DNA of 64,000 nt from Eledone cirrhosa (taxonomy: Eukaryota): positions 33,728,001 through 33,792,000 of the forward strand of contig OZ024745.1 of assembly GCA_964016885.1 (NCBI GenBank), given 5' to 3'. The notes under the pieces are model-generated. The model was not told the origin of the DNA. It made no database searches and saw only the letters and a program-made list of their open reading frames with translations. The translations under genes and the position numbers were made by a program. Of the stretch, positions 38,280 to 51,233 are shown one piece after another (positions within the stretch are counted from its first letter, which is position 1; every line of letters begins with the position of its first letter).

Positions 38280-40230
38280 CGACACCTGCAGCACTTGTGG
38301 CACCACTAACAAACGGAACTGGGTGCGGCTGCTTCCACCACCTCACCTGCGTTGGCTTGACTTGTCGAGCTTCCAATGCCCTCGCAGCGTGGAGGTGCAG
38401 GAGCTGCCTCTTCCCCACGTATTCCCAGCCACGGCCGTCTGGCACACCGCCAGATGGGACAGCGAGCTTGCCTGACGCCCGAGCCTTGCTGGTCAACATC
38501 GCTCGGCTCAGGCGGCTCGATTGAGAACGCCCTGAACTCCAATCGAGCCAGTGACTGGGAGCGGCTGTTCTATTTCTCCCCACTTGCCCTCGGCCTCCCC
38601 AGCTCTGGCGCTGACCGGGGTGGCCGGTCAACAGCAGCCTTCATCAAAGCCAATGTCTCGTCATTTGGGCGAGCGCCCATTCCAAGCGTGCCCAGGGACG
38701 TCACACACCCACCCTCAGGTACCCCCTATCCTCCACCCCCGAGGCCATCGCCAAGCGTTTGCGTGAGCAGGTAAACGCAAAGCTTATTATGGGTGATGTC
38801 TCGGCCGTAGTCAGAGTTGTTGCCTCAGAGGACACTGTCCTCCAACCCACCGAGGAGATCCTGGCTGCTCTGCGGCTCAAACACCCTGAGCCACCCACTG
38901 ATCGCAGACCCATACCCCCACCCGACCCCCACCTGCTCCTTGTGGCTACTGATGCAGATATCATGTCCGCCACCAGGTCCTTCCCAGCTAGCAGCTGCGA
39001 ACGTGTTGATGGTCTCCGACCAGGCTACCTCAAGGAGTTGACATCTCCACCTCTCCGCTGAGGCTGGGCGCCGCCTTCTGAGTGCAATTGTGGTGCTCAC
39101 CAATAGGCTCATTCATGGTGCCCTCGACCCTTACGCCCGAGGCCTCTTTTTTTCGGCAAGACTCACCGCTCTCAGGAAGAAAGAGGGTGGCATACGCCCC
39201 ATTGCTATGGGCAATGTCTTCCGGAGACTGGCTGCCAAGGTGATCTGCAAGTCCGTCATACGAACTGAGTGAGGAGTTTAGTCCGGTGTAACTGGGTGTC
39301 GGCGTGTCCGGTGGCTGTGAGGGTGCCTCTCATGCAATCAGGCAGTTCTTCAGCAGCTGCTCTTCGGTACCGGCATCCAGGGACTCCAGGCACCTCATTG
39401 TCAAGCTTGACATGAGGAATGCCTTTAACTCTTTACGCCGGGATCATCTGCTCGAGGCCTGCCTCAGCCGAGCCCCCTCTGCCTACCCGCTGGCATACCT
39501 GTCATATGGAGCCCCGAGCATGCTCCTAGCTGCTGATACGGTCATACCCTCGGCTACTGGGGTCCAACAGGGTGACCCTTTGGGACCCCTCCTGTTTGCC
39601 CTTGGTATTGACCACATCGCCCGGAGTATCACGGCCCCTCTCAACGTTTGGTATCTGGATGATGCTACGTTGGGCGGGCCCGTACGGACGGTCTGCCAAG
39701 ACCTTCAATCGGTGATTTCTGCCCTGGCGGGAATCGGCCTCCAGGTCAACTCGGCCAAGTCGGAGGTGGTGAACGTCAGCCTCGATGCTGCGAGCTTTGC
39801 AGCCTCCGTCTTGGACGTGCGGTCCATTCTCCGCCAGGTTCAGGTGATCCCCAAAGAGGATGTCCTCATCCTCGGGTCACTGATCCACCCGCCGGCCATC
39901 CGCTCCACCATCAGGTCCAGGCTTCAACAGCTCCAGACTCTCACGAGCCGACTGGGCTTGATTGACGGCCACCCAGCTCTCTTTCTGCCGAGGAACTGCT
40001 TCACCATGCCGAAGCTCCTCTATACACTTCGCAGCGCTCCATGCTACACCCAGACATCTCTCCTAGATGACCTCGATACTTGTATCCGAGCAGCAGCCGA
40101 GGGGATATGCAATGTCAAGTTTGACGACATAGGGTGGCAACAGGCCACTTTACCGGTCAGGTATGGCGGCCTAGGCCTACGGTCCCCGATCTCACTAGCT
40201 TTGCCGGCGTATCTTTCGTCGGTAACCTCG
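38280..40230 (+). pseudogene. N-terminal part of CRE-type ORF: PHD-like finger + reverse transcriptase, several frameshifts and stops
   Basis: DGLRPGYLKEL, LRKKEGGIRPIAMGNVFRRL, KLDMRNAFNS, GVQQGDPLGPLLFAL, WYLDD, LPVRYGGLGL. Confidence 0.9.
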
Positions 40231-40358
40231 AGCTCATAATAGTTATATACTCATACGCGTGAGTGTGTAGAAAATGATAATCTCACTATCTCTTTCATAA
40301 CACACTCCCTCTTTCTATATATATGTGGTAGTTGAAGTGGTGGTGTCGGCGACGATAT

Positions 40359-40551
40359 ACCGGAAGTGCAACTTTGAAAAGAAGTCAATTTTAAATTATT
40401 TTTACGAAATTATTTGTTTACAAAATTTAGTACATAAATTATGTAATATTCATTCATTATTTATTCAAAGTAATCCAACTTATTTTACTAACTGCATTAA
40501 AAGAAATAAACCGCACGCAGTCCCGCAGACCTTCCTTTATTATAGTTTAGA
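40359..40551 (-). mobile_element. Helitron family A 5' fragment
   Basis: Minus strand A|TCTAAACTATAATAAAGGAAGGTCTGCGGGACTGCG. Confidence 0.7.
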
Positions 40552-41287
40552 TATATATATATATACGCAAACACACACGCACATACATACATACGTACAT
40601 ATGTACATATATACATACCTACATACGTACATACATACATTTGTACATGTAACCATACATACATTCGTACATACATATGTACATGTAAGCATACATACAT
40701 ATGTACATACATACGTACATACATATGTACATACATACGTACATACATACATACGTACATACATACGCACATACATATGTACATGCATACGTACATACAT
40801 ACATACGTACATACATACATATGTACATACATACGTACATACAAAAATACAGATGTGCATATGTACGTATGTACATACATGCATGCATCCATACATACAT
40901 ACATACGTATGTACACATATACACACTTATGTTCATAAGTACATGTATATATACACACTTGCCTAAATACATACGTACACATATGCACTCACATTTATCT
41001 ATACATATATGCATCTACACCTTTACACACACACACACATACACACATATATATATACACACACACGTATATATATATACACACACACGTATATATATAT
41101 ATATATATACACACACACATATATATATACACACACACACATATATATATACACACACATGTATATATATATATACACACATGTATATATATACACACAC
41201 ATATATATATACACACACATGTATATATATATATATACACACACACATATATATATATACACACACACACATATATACACATACACT

Positions 41288-41359
<72 letters not shown>

Positions 41360-41390
41360 TGTATATATATACACACACACATATGTACAT
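40552..41390. repeat. (CATA)n/(TA)n/(CA)n microsatellite complex
   Basis: Direct reading. Confidence 0.97.
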
Positions 41391-41575
41391 GGAAATATAT
41401 CCCACTGGTTTACTGCTTGAGGTGATTTATGACTATATTGAGTTTAATTAAGACTGAATGAATGGCAATAATTTGCATTATTAACATTTGAGATGTTTGT
41501 CAGGGAGATAAAGATAAAGACAGAAGGTAAGAGAGAGAGAGAGAGAGGGAGGAGGAGAGAGAGAAGGAGAGAGTG

Positions 41576-41607
<32 letters not shown>

Positions 41608-41729
41608 GGGGGAGAGAGAGAGAATTGGAGGGATTAGAGAATGGGAGGTGGTGAAAGAGTGGGAAGGGTAGAGAAAAGAAAGATAGAGACTGAGATAGAA
41701 GTATATATGTATGTATGCATAATATATAT

Positions 41730-41978
<249 letters not shown>

Positions 41979-42069
41979 GAAAGGTATAGAAAGTATTGTA
42001 GCAAGAAGCCAACAGTATTCCATAATATATAAGTGACTATAGCGTCAAAATGGGAATATAGTTAACGTA

Positions 42070-42472
42070 TATATATGACCCGTCTGTTTCTTTCTTACTG
42101 CTTCCCCTTTCTCTGTATCTCTTACTTCTTTTTACCCCCTCTGCCAGTCACACTCTCTCTGTTAGTCTCTTCCCTTCCTCACACTTTCACTCACTCACTC
42201 TCTACGATTTCACAGAACTTATGTTCATCGATTTCAGGGGCTTGACTCCTTCTTCCTCACTTTTCGTTGCATTACCATCTTTGTTTGTATACTGTCTCGC
42301 TAGTTCCCCCTATTTACGTGTCCCAACGACTTTCTTTAGCCGTTGCTTGCACCAACTAGAGGTATATGGTCTTTAAAGCGATGAAATACCAATGAAGGCT
42401 GGAAGATCACTGATGAAGGACTAATTTTATTCATATGTAACCCATTTGCAACCACGCAGCACGCCATTTTTT
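42070..42472 (+). mobile_element. TA-embedded repeat, permuted homologue of 55855-56737
   Basis: Shares TTTACGTGTCCCAACGACTTT.TTTAGCCGTTG and TCACTGATGAAGGACT blocks. Confidence 0.7.
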
Positions 42473-42499
42473 CATATATTAATATATATATATATATAT

Positions 42500-42784
<285 letters not shown>

Positions 42785-42830
42785 CATATATTTATATACA
42801 TACATACATATATATACATACATACATTTA

Positions 42831-43714
42831 CGAGGTGTGTCAGAAAAGTTCCACGACTGATATCATAAAAGATTTATTTTAAACCCAAACTTCACACTAA
42901 GAGTTTTCTCCTTCAAAGTAATCCCCCTGGAGTATGTAACTGTAATCTTAGCTCTCTGCAGCGATCAAACTTTTTTTTTCATAATTTTATATACATGTCC
43001 TCTGTTTCAGGTCGTCAAGCAATGAGCACAGAGCAACGAACAAACTTGAAGTTTCTGGTACGGTTGAGGAAAACTCCATCAGAAGCACTGGGATTGCTGC
43101 AGCAAGTGTATTAGATGAGACGATGTCACGCTCACGTGTTTTTGAGTGGTGCAAGATGACCCCAGGAGCGGAAGGCCCTCAACAACCAAGACTGAGGTCA
43201 AAGTTGAGCGCGTCAGGCAGATGGTGCGTAGCGACCGTCGCCTGACTGTTCGACTGATGGCAAATGAGCTGGGCATGAATCGGGACAGCGTCTGGAAGAT
43301 TCTCACTGAAGATTTGGACATGCGGAAAGTCTGCGCGAAGATGGTGCCAAAACTGCTGAACGATGACCAGAAGGGTCGATGCATGCAAGTGTGCCAGAAC
43401 ATCCTCGAGCGTCTTGAAACCGAACCAGACTTGCTAGGGACAGTCATCACCGGTGATGAGTCATGGAACTTCGAGTACGACCCACAGGGGACTCGTTTTG
43501 AAGACGTGGACGACATAAAAAAGGCCGTGACGACGGAACTGCGGAGGATCCCGGAAGAATCTTTCCAGGAGTGCATGCTAGTGTAGCAGAAAAAGATGGA
43601 AAGGTGCATTAGACTCCAAGGGGATTACTTTGAAGGAGAAAACTCTTAGTGTGAAGTTTGGGTTTGAAATAATCTTTTGTGACACCAGTCCTGAAACTTT
43701 TCTGACACACCTCG
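42831..43714 (+). mobile_element. Internally deleted mariner transposon with ~100-bp inverted termini and TA TSD
   Basis: TA|CGAGGTGTGTCAGAAAAGTT ... AACTTTTCTGACACACCTCG|TA. Transposase remnant DDPRSGRP, VPKLL, ITGDESW.FEYDP is fused directly to GTRFEDV, so the later catalytic residues are deleted. Confidence 0.92.
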
Positions 43715-43730
43715 TATATATATATATATA

Positions 43731-44116
43731 CTAGCAGATTTAGCCGGCGTTGCCCGGGGTTTGAAATGAAAAAAAAAAAATAAACAAGAAACAAACGATA
43801 ATATTAGTGATTTATCTTCAAATGAATCTGATGTTTATATTTCTGTCAATAAAATTGGTTATCTCCCTTTCTTTTATAAGGATTGTCAATAAAGTTTGTT
43901 ATCTCCCTTACATCAATTTTGCTACCGATAATTTTGATATCGATTTTTTATTGCTCAACGTGGGTTGATTTGAAAAATGTTTGTGATGTGATGATCTTAG
44001 CGACCTGTGCAACGTGCACAGAAATTTGGTCAAATTCAGTTGGTAATTGTAAAAGCCTTAAGTATGCAAAGTTGTACACAGACACACACACATCCTCGCT
44101 TTTATATATATAAAGA
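43731..44116 (-). mobile_element. Non-autonomous Helitron family B
   Basis: Minus: TCTTTATATATATAAAAGCGAGGATGTGTG ... CCCGGGCAACGCCGGCTAAATCTGCTAG|T; ends match 56924-57768. Confidence 0.78.
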
Positions 44117-44129
44117 TATATATATATAT

Positions 44130-44196
<67 letters not shown>

Positions 44197-44982
44197 AGTG
44201 AGAGAGAGAGAGAGAGAGAGAGCGGTGGATAGATAGATAGATAGATAGAGAGAGAGAGTGAGAGAGAGAGTGAGATAGATAGATCGGAGAATGTTTTGCT
44301 TTTTACTAATGCAGGAGAAAGAAAGATCTTCCGAGATCTGACAGATCGTTTAAAGCAAAAATATATAATAATAATAATATTGATGATGATGATGATGATG
44401 ATTGGCAAAATAATAATAATAATCCAAGTGTTATTGATAGACATTTAAAAAAAAGGTCTCAGCTGTTATATCGCAAGTACATATCTATTTATCTCAATTC
44501 CTTGTTGTCTGGAGGCCAACTGGCTTCTTTACAAACTTGGAATATCATATAATCAACGGCAACATAACATACTTTATGATTTTCATCTTAATTATATATG
44601 ACCTCTGAGTAATCTAATTGATCAAGCGTTGCCAAGCTGGAGTTAATTATTACGGAAATAAGATTCTTTTGTTTGTTTTTATATAAGACATTAAAAAAAT
44701 AATGATGATTCTTACTTCTATTTTGTATTTTTATACTAAAATGAACTTATGTAACAATGGTAGAGTGACGAGGTATAACATTTATATAAAAATGGACTTT
44801 TGTAACAACGCTATAGCCGCTATTCGCAATCGCGTATGACTGGGTTTTATGAAGGATATTTTCTCAAAAGAATCTTGGGTGCGCATCATACAGTGGCGTG
44901 CAGACCTAGATACCCTCTCGTTCCCCCCTTACATGGAAGATCCAGGAAGAAACAGCTTGAAGCAGAGAGAGAGAGTGAGAGA

Positions 44983-45060
<78 letters not shown>

Positions 45061-45366
45061 CCAGCACTAGGCCGGTAATTTCTTCATCGACTCACCAATA
45101 GAAAAATAATAAAAGGCAAGGTGAACTTAAGCTGGATTTAAACTCAGAGACTAAGAACAAATATCAAAGAATCTAATGGCTCTACCAAATGGATCACCTT
45201 AGTAAAGGGATGTAAAATAGCTGTGATAAATATATGGTGTAAAATATGATAAATATAACATTTAACCAGATCTGCCAACCTATATAAACCCAAGCAGGGA
45301 GTACCATGAAACAAAGTGCCTCCAAAACGGGTAGAAATGAGGCAAAACGGGGAGATTTTACATAAT

Positions 45367-45547
45367 TGTTTCTACTTTTGGCACAAGGCCACAATTACCT
45401 AGTACATTACTGGTACTTTATTTATCGACCCCGTAAGGATGAAAGGCAAAGTTTACCTCGGCGGGATTTGAACTCAGAATGGCAAGGATCGTAACTCTAT
45501 GCATCAAAGCATGGCGTCCAAACCTCTACCGATACTGCCAATCCACC
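45367..45547 (-). mobile_element. SINE family 1 with 19-bp TSD
   Basis: CGGGGAGATTTTACATAAT at 45348-45366 and 45548-45566. Confidence 0.88.
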
Positions 45548-46146
45548 CGGGGAGATTTTACATAATGAAAGATATACTCATTGTCGTAAGAGAAGACATC
45601 TCTCACTCACCCGAAAATGGATGGGAAAGTTGACAGGTCTGTTTAACAGCTCAGGACATGGGATTACGGCAAATTTATACTCGCAAATTTTGAAATTTTA
45701 TTCGTATTTTGAGCTGTGATATGATCACAACTACTTCTATATAAACGTAAGAGCCCTCTATATATATATATATACAGTGTTCTTACGTTTCATTAATCTC
45801 AAGTCAATGTATAGATATAGATTTCGGATTCATTAAACTTCCTCAACTGTAGCTTGCTACGCCGAGATACTGGGTATAAAGAATTAGATTTTATAAACAA
45901 ACTATGCTTATTGAAAGCTTATCTAAATATAGTGCAAGCTTGACTGGCTGGTATTAACTAATGATAACACTAACACAAAGTATCCATAGGCTTTCTTACT
46001 CAATGATACATAAATAATTCATATTTTCCTTTAGGTATTGAATACTATTTTAAAACCAACGTAGAATATATATCTGCATGTATGTATTTGTGTATGTATG
46101 TATGTATGTATGTATGTATGTATGTATGTATGTATGTATGTATGTG

Positions 46147-46285
46147 CTTTTGGCACGGATCCAGCGACTGGCCCAGCGCATCACTGGTACTCTCTTTTGT
46201 TGACTCCGTGGGGATGAAGGGCAAGGTTGATCTCGGCGGGATTTGAGCTCAGAGTGTGGGGAGCCATAACTCTATGCTGTAAAGC
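46147..46285 (-). mobile_element. SINE family 1, diverged partial copy
   Basis: GGATGAAGGGCAAGGTTGATCTCGGCGGGATTTGAGCTCAG. Confidence 0.65.
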
Positions 46286-46921
46286 AATTATAATAATACT
46301 GGACTGTAATACGATCGGCTTCAACTATACAAACTCTTGAAGGTCAACAGTTGACATAATCTTGTAATCTTGTATCACTAATGACGGTAATATATATATA
46401 TATATATGTGTGTGTGCGTGTAAGTGTGTAGAGTAGCGTGTGTGTGTGTTTGTTTGTATGTATGTGTTGCTGTGTGCGCGCATATGTATGCGTGTGTGTG
46501 TATGTCGTACGTATAAGTGTCAATAAGTGAGTTTTTTTTTTTTTTTTCTTTTTTGCGCGGGGACATAGAAATAATCGGGCTGGATGCCCGATCGCGCAGT
46601 TAAACCACTGGGAGTGAAGAACCCCTAGCCCTTGTCAGGGCATTCTTCTAGGAGAAGGCATCTCAGGAAACTGGGTTAACTCCGATATAAAACCTGCGGC
46701 TCAGTAGTTACCGATGATGTTGATCTTTTCTTCTTTTCGGGTTATAGCTACTGTCGCTCAGAGAGTGGGATTGGCTCAGTGCACAGTCTTTACTCACTTT
46801 AAAAATATTCGTCACGCACAGGCATTGCACGAGTGCATTAATAATCATTAATAGTGTACTACTATTATTATTATTATTATTATTACTATTATTATTACTT
46901 TTTTTTTTTTTTTTCAATTCA

Positions 46922-48255
46922 ATGATGTTCCAGAACAATGTAAAAGAGATAATTGGCAATTTAGGTTCTGGAACAAAAAAGATCATTGGCAATAAGGGCA
47001 GGGGCCCCAAGTTATCACAGCCTGGGCCCGCTCGTCATCGTGCCATTGTAATAGAGCCAAACAAGGCATTTAGTCTTGGCTGCTGGAACGTACGGACGCT
47101 GCTTGACAGGGATTCCTTGGAGCGTCCTGAACGAAGGACCGCTCTTGTTGCAAAGGAGCTTCGACGTTACGATCTTGACATCGTGGCTTTATCTGAGACG
47201 AGGTTAGCTGGAGATGGTCATCTTACGGAATTTTGTGGAGAATATACATTCTTCTGGAAAGGAAGAGATGAAGGAACCAGAAGAGAGGCTGGGGTAGGAT
47301 TTGCTGTTAAGACCGTACTTGTGAATAAATTAGAAGAATTCCCAGTAGGGATTAGTGAGCGTCTTATGTCCATGAGAGTTCCGCTGGACAAAGGGAGATA
47401 TGCTACCCTGGTGAGTGTGTATGCTCCAACTATGAATTCTGTCGATGAAGAAAAACTGTCCTTTTACCATGCCTTGAAAGGTGTTCTAAGAAATATCCCT
47501 CAGGCAGACAAAGTCATCGTGCTTGGTGACTTTAATGCTAGAGTGGGTAGGGATTTTAACACATGGAATGTAATCGGAAGGCATGGGGTGGGAAAGTGTA
47601 ACAGCAATGGTATGCTCCTGCTGCAGTAGGGATTAGTGAGCGTCTTATGTCCATGAGAGTTCCGCTGGACAAAGGAAGATATGCTACCCTGGTGAGTGTG
47701 TATGCTCCAACTATGAATTCTGTCGATGAAGAAAAACTGTCCTTTTACCATGCCTTGAAAGGTGTTCTAAGAAATATCCCTCAGGCAGACAAAGTCATCG
47801 TGCTTGGTGACTTTAATGCTAGAGTGGGTAGGGATTTTAACACATGGAATGTAATCGGAAGGCATGGGGTGGGAAAGTGTAACAGCAATGGTATGCTCCT
47901 GCTGCAGATGTGTGAGGAGCTGGATCTGTGTGTTACCAACACCATGTTCCAACAAAAGAACAAATTCAAGACCACATGGATGCATCCTGCATCTAAGGAA
48001 TGGCATCTTTTGGACTACGTCCTAGTCAGGATGCGTGACAGACAGGATGTGCAGTGTGTTCGTGTTCTTCGTGGAGCTGAGTGCTGGACGGACCACCGCC
48101 TGGTACGCGCAAAAGTGAAACTAATCACCAAACGTAAAATCCGGGCTCCTGGTGTTACCCTGCCCAAAAGATTGAATGCTGCTCGTCTTAAGGATAAAAA
48201 TGTGAAGAGGACATTGGAAGAAGAGATGCAGGATGCAGATCTTGGTGAGGATTAG
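46922..48255 (+). pseudogene. RTE apurinic-like endonuclease domain, broken by a 281-bp tandem duplication
   Basis: GCWNVRTL, VALSETR, GVGFAV, SVYAPT, LGDFNARVG, TWMHP, LDYVL, TDHRLV. Confidence 0.92.
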
Positions 48256-48356
48256 CCGACCCTTAAAAAGTCGGTTTATGATGTAGGCAGGCGTGTTCTG
48301 GGATTGGTGCAGAGAAAACATCAGGACTGGTTTAATGAGAATGATGTACATAGAGA

Positions 48357-50368
48357 ATGATGTATATAGAAGACTTGTTGGCTGATAAGAGGCGTGCTCT
48401 GTCACGCTACTTGACGGCAAAACCACAGGAGAGGAATACGTTGCATGAGGAGCTCAGGGATGTAAAATCACGTGTTAGGCGGAGTCTTTCTCAGATGAAG
48501 GATCAGTGGTGGAGTGAGAAGGCTGGTGAGATACAAACTGCGTCTGATTCCAATAACACAAAGCTGTTGTACAGTCTCTTGCGTGAGGTTTATGGACCGT
48601 CTTCTTCTCTGGTGGCACCGCTTCGCAGCAAGGATGGCAAAGAACTTCTTCGTGACTCACAGGGAATTCTACGAAGGTGGCGAGAGCACTTTGATGATCT
48701 TTTGAATCAGCCGTCTGTCGTCAGTGAAGATTTCCTCAATCTCATTCCAGAAAGTCCTGTGAAAGTAGCTCTCGCAGAACCTCCGACGCTTGTGGAGGTT
48801 GCAGTGGCTATTTCGAAGCTGAACAGTGGAAGATCTCCAGGTATGGATGGCATACATGCTGAGCTCCTACAATATGGTGGTGAGAGACTCCTGCAACATC
48901 TGCACTCTTTGTTTGGAAGGATATGGGCTAATGAATCCGTACCTGATGACTGGAGAGATGCAGTAATGGTGGTCTTGTACAAGGGAAGGGTAACAGGAAT
49001 GATTGTGGGAACTACAGAGGTATATCATTGCTTTCTGTCGTAGGGAAAGTTTTATGTAGGGTGCTTCTGGACCGTCTGCTGACACACATTGCAGATTGTG
49101 TTCTTCCTGAAAGTCTATCTGGTTTTCGTGCTGGACGCGGCACTACTGATATGATCTTCTCAGCTAGACAGCTCCAGGAGAAGTGCATTGAACAAGGCTT
49201 GGATCTGTATCAGGTTTTTGTCGATCTGACAAAGGCTTTCGATACTGTCAACAGAGAGGCATTATGGAAGGTTCTCCAGAAACTTGGTTGCCCTGATAAG
49301 TTCCTTGCTTTAGTTAGGTCTTTCCATGACGACATGAAGGCTTGGGTTAATGTCGGAGGTAACATGTCGGAGCCTATCTCAGTAAAAAATGGAGTGAAAC
49401 AGGGGGATATTCCAGCACCGACCCTGTTTGCCATATACTTTGCAATGGTTTTCTGTATTGCATTCAGGAATTGCGAGCATGGTGTTTACATCCGATATCG
49501 AACCTCAGGCAGCATATTTAACATCAGGCGCTTTGCTGCGAAGACAAAAGTATTTACATCAATCATAAGAGACCTCTTGTATGCAGATGATTGCGATCTT
49601 GTAGCGCACACAGAGAGTGATATGCAGCACATTTTGAATGCATTTTCTGACGCTTGCACTGCCCTGGGTTTGACTGTCAGTCTCAAGAAAAGCGTCGTCA
49701 TGTACCAACCTGCCCCTAGTAAGCAGTACACTGAACCAAACATCTATGTGTATGGCAAACGACTTGGAGTGGTTGATCAGTTTGTCTACCTGGGAAGCAC
49801 TGTCAATCGATACGGCAACCTTGACAGTGAAATCTCACTTAGGATTAGGAAAGCAAGTGATGCTTTCGGAAAGCTAGAAAGGCGACTCTGGGGTCGGCGA
49901 GACATATGCAGGAGGACAAAGGTAAAGGTGTAAAGGGCATGTGTACTCTCTTGTCTTCTTTATGCCTGCGAGACCTGGGTCACATATCGACACCACCTTA
50001 AGCAATTGGAGCGTTTCCATCAGATGTGTCTCAGACGGATCCATGGCGTTCACTGGAGGGACCACATCAGTGATGTCGAGATTTTGGAAAGCTCTATGTG
50101 TGACAGTATAGAAGCTCTTGTGCTTAAGCAACGACTCCGTTGGAGTGGTCACCTTGCCAGGATGAAGGATTCTAGAATACCAAAACAACTCTTCTATGGA
50201 GAGTTGGTTAAAGGAAAACGACCGTCACATAAACCAAAAAAGAGGTATAAGGATTCCTTGAAAGCCTCTCTGAAAGACGCTAACATCTCTGCTGATACAT
50301 GGGAAAATATTGCTGCTGATCGTAATAAATGGAGAAAGACTGTATATGAGGGGAAAAGTTGCCTTTGA
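48357..50368 (+). pseudogene. RTE reverse transcriptase domain, frameshifted
   Basis: SPGMDGIHAE, GFRAGRGTTD, FVDLTKAFDTV, GVKQG, LLYADD, FVYLGS, LRWSGHLARM. Confidence 0.93.
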
Positions 50369-50762
50369 GGCATCTCGAATCGCACACGAGAAAGTAAAGC
50401 GGGATGTGAGGAAGGGCATTGCTGTTGCACTTCCAGACGGCGAGGTTCCTCCTATGGTGCTGACATGCAGCGTCTGTGCGAGACTCTGCCTAAGCAAAGC
50501 TGGACTCGAAAGTCATCTTCGCAGTCATAAAGTAAGACCAGTGGTTGACTATCAGGCTGCTGTTGGAGATGCAACTCATCATGTCTGCCAAGCATGTGGT
50601 AGAGAATGTAAATCAGCAGGAGGGCTCAAGCGACATGCAAAAGTACACGAACTCCAACCACAGCCGACTATTCCCAGTGAATGTTTTGGTTGCCGACTCT
50701 GTGCAAGACATTGTAGATCATTGGCTGGGCTAAAAAGCCACATTCGATCGCAGCACTGTTAG
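50365..50762 (+). pseudogene. RTE ORF C-terminus with three C2H2-type zinc fingers
   Basis: CSVC..C.SKAGLESHLRSH, CQAC..C.SAGGLKRHAKVH, CRLC..C.SLAGLKSHIRSQH. Confidence 0.85.
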
Positions 50763-50768
50763 TTGTTA

Positions 50769-50822
<54 letters not shown>

Positions 50823-50993
50823 GCTTATATGCGTGTGTGTGTATATATATATATGAATATGTATATTATTATTGTTGTTGTCGTTATTATTATTATTGCT
50901 ATTATTATTATTATTATTATTGTTATTAATGTATGTGTGTGTGTATATGTGTGTGTATGTGTATGTATGTGTGTATGTATATATGTATGTATG

Positions 50994-51063
<70 letters not shown>

Positions 51064-51233
51064 TTATTTTATTTTATTTTATTTTATTTTATTTTATTTT
51101 TATTTTATTTATTTATTTATTTATTTATTTATGTATTATTTTTTTTTTCTTCTCGTGCAATGGCCATACTCGATAACGAGGGGGCAGCCATCATCATGTA
51201 TGTATGTATGTATGTATGTATGTATGTATGTAT

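Larger units (their letters stand above)
36911..40238. mobile_element. CRE-type non-LTR retrotransposon with inverted 5' portion and 17-bp TSD
   Basis: TSD ATAGTTATATACTCATA at 36894-36910 and 40239-40255. The 3' segment is on the minus strand and the 5' segment on the plus strand. Confidence 0.88.
46555..51200 (+). mobile_element. Near full-length RTE-clade LINE, inactivated
   Basis: 5'UTR with TCTAGGAGAAGG motif, a single APE-RT ORF in pieces, microsatellite-rich 3'UTR, and terminal GCAGCCATCATC(ATGT)n. Confidence 0.9.
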
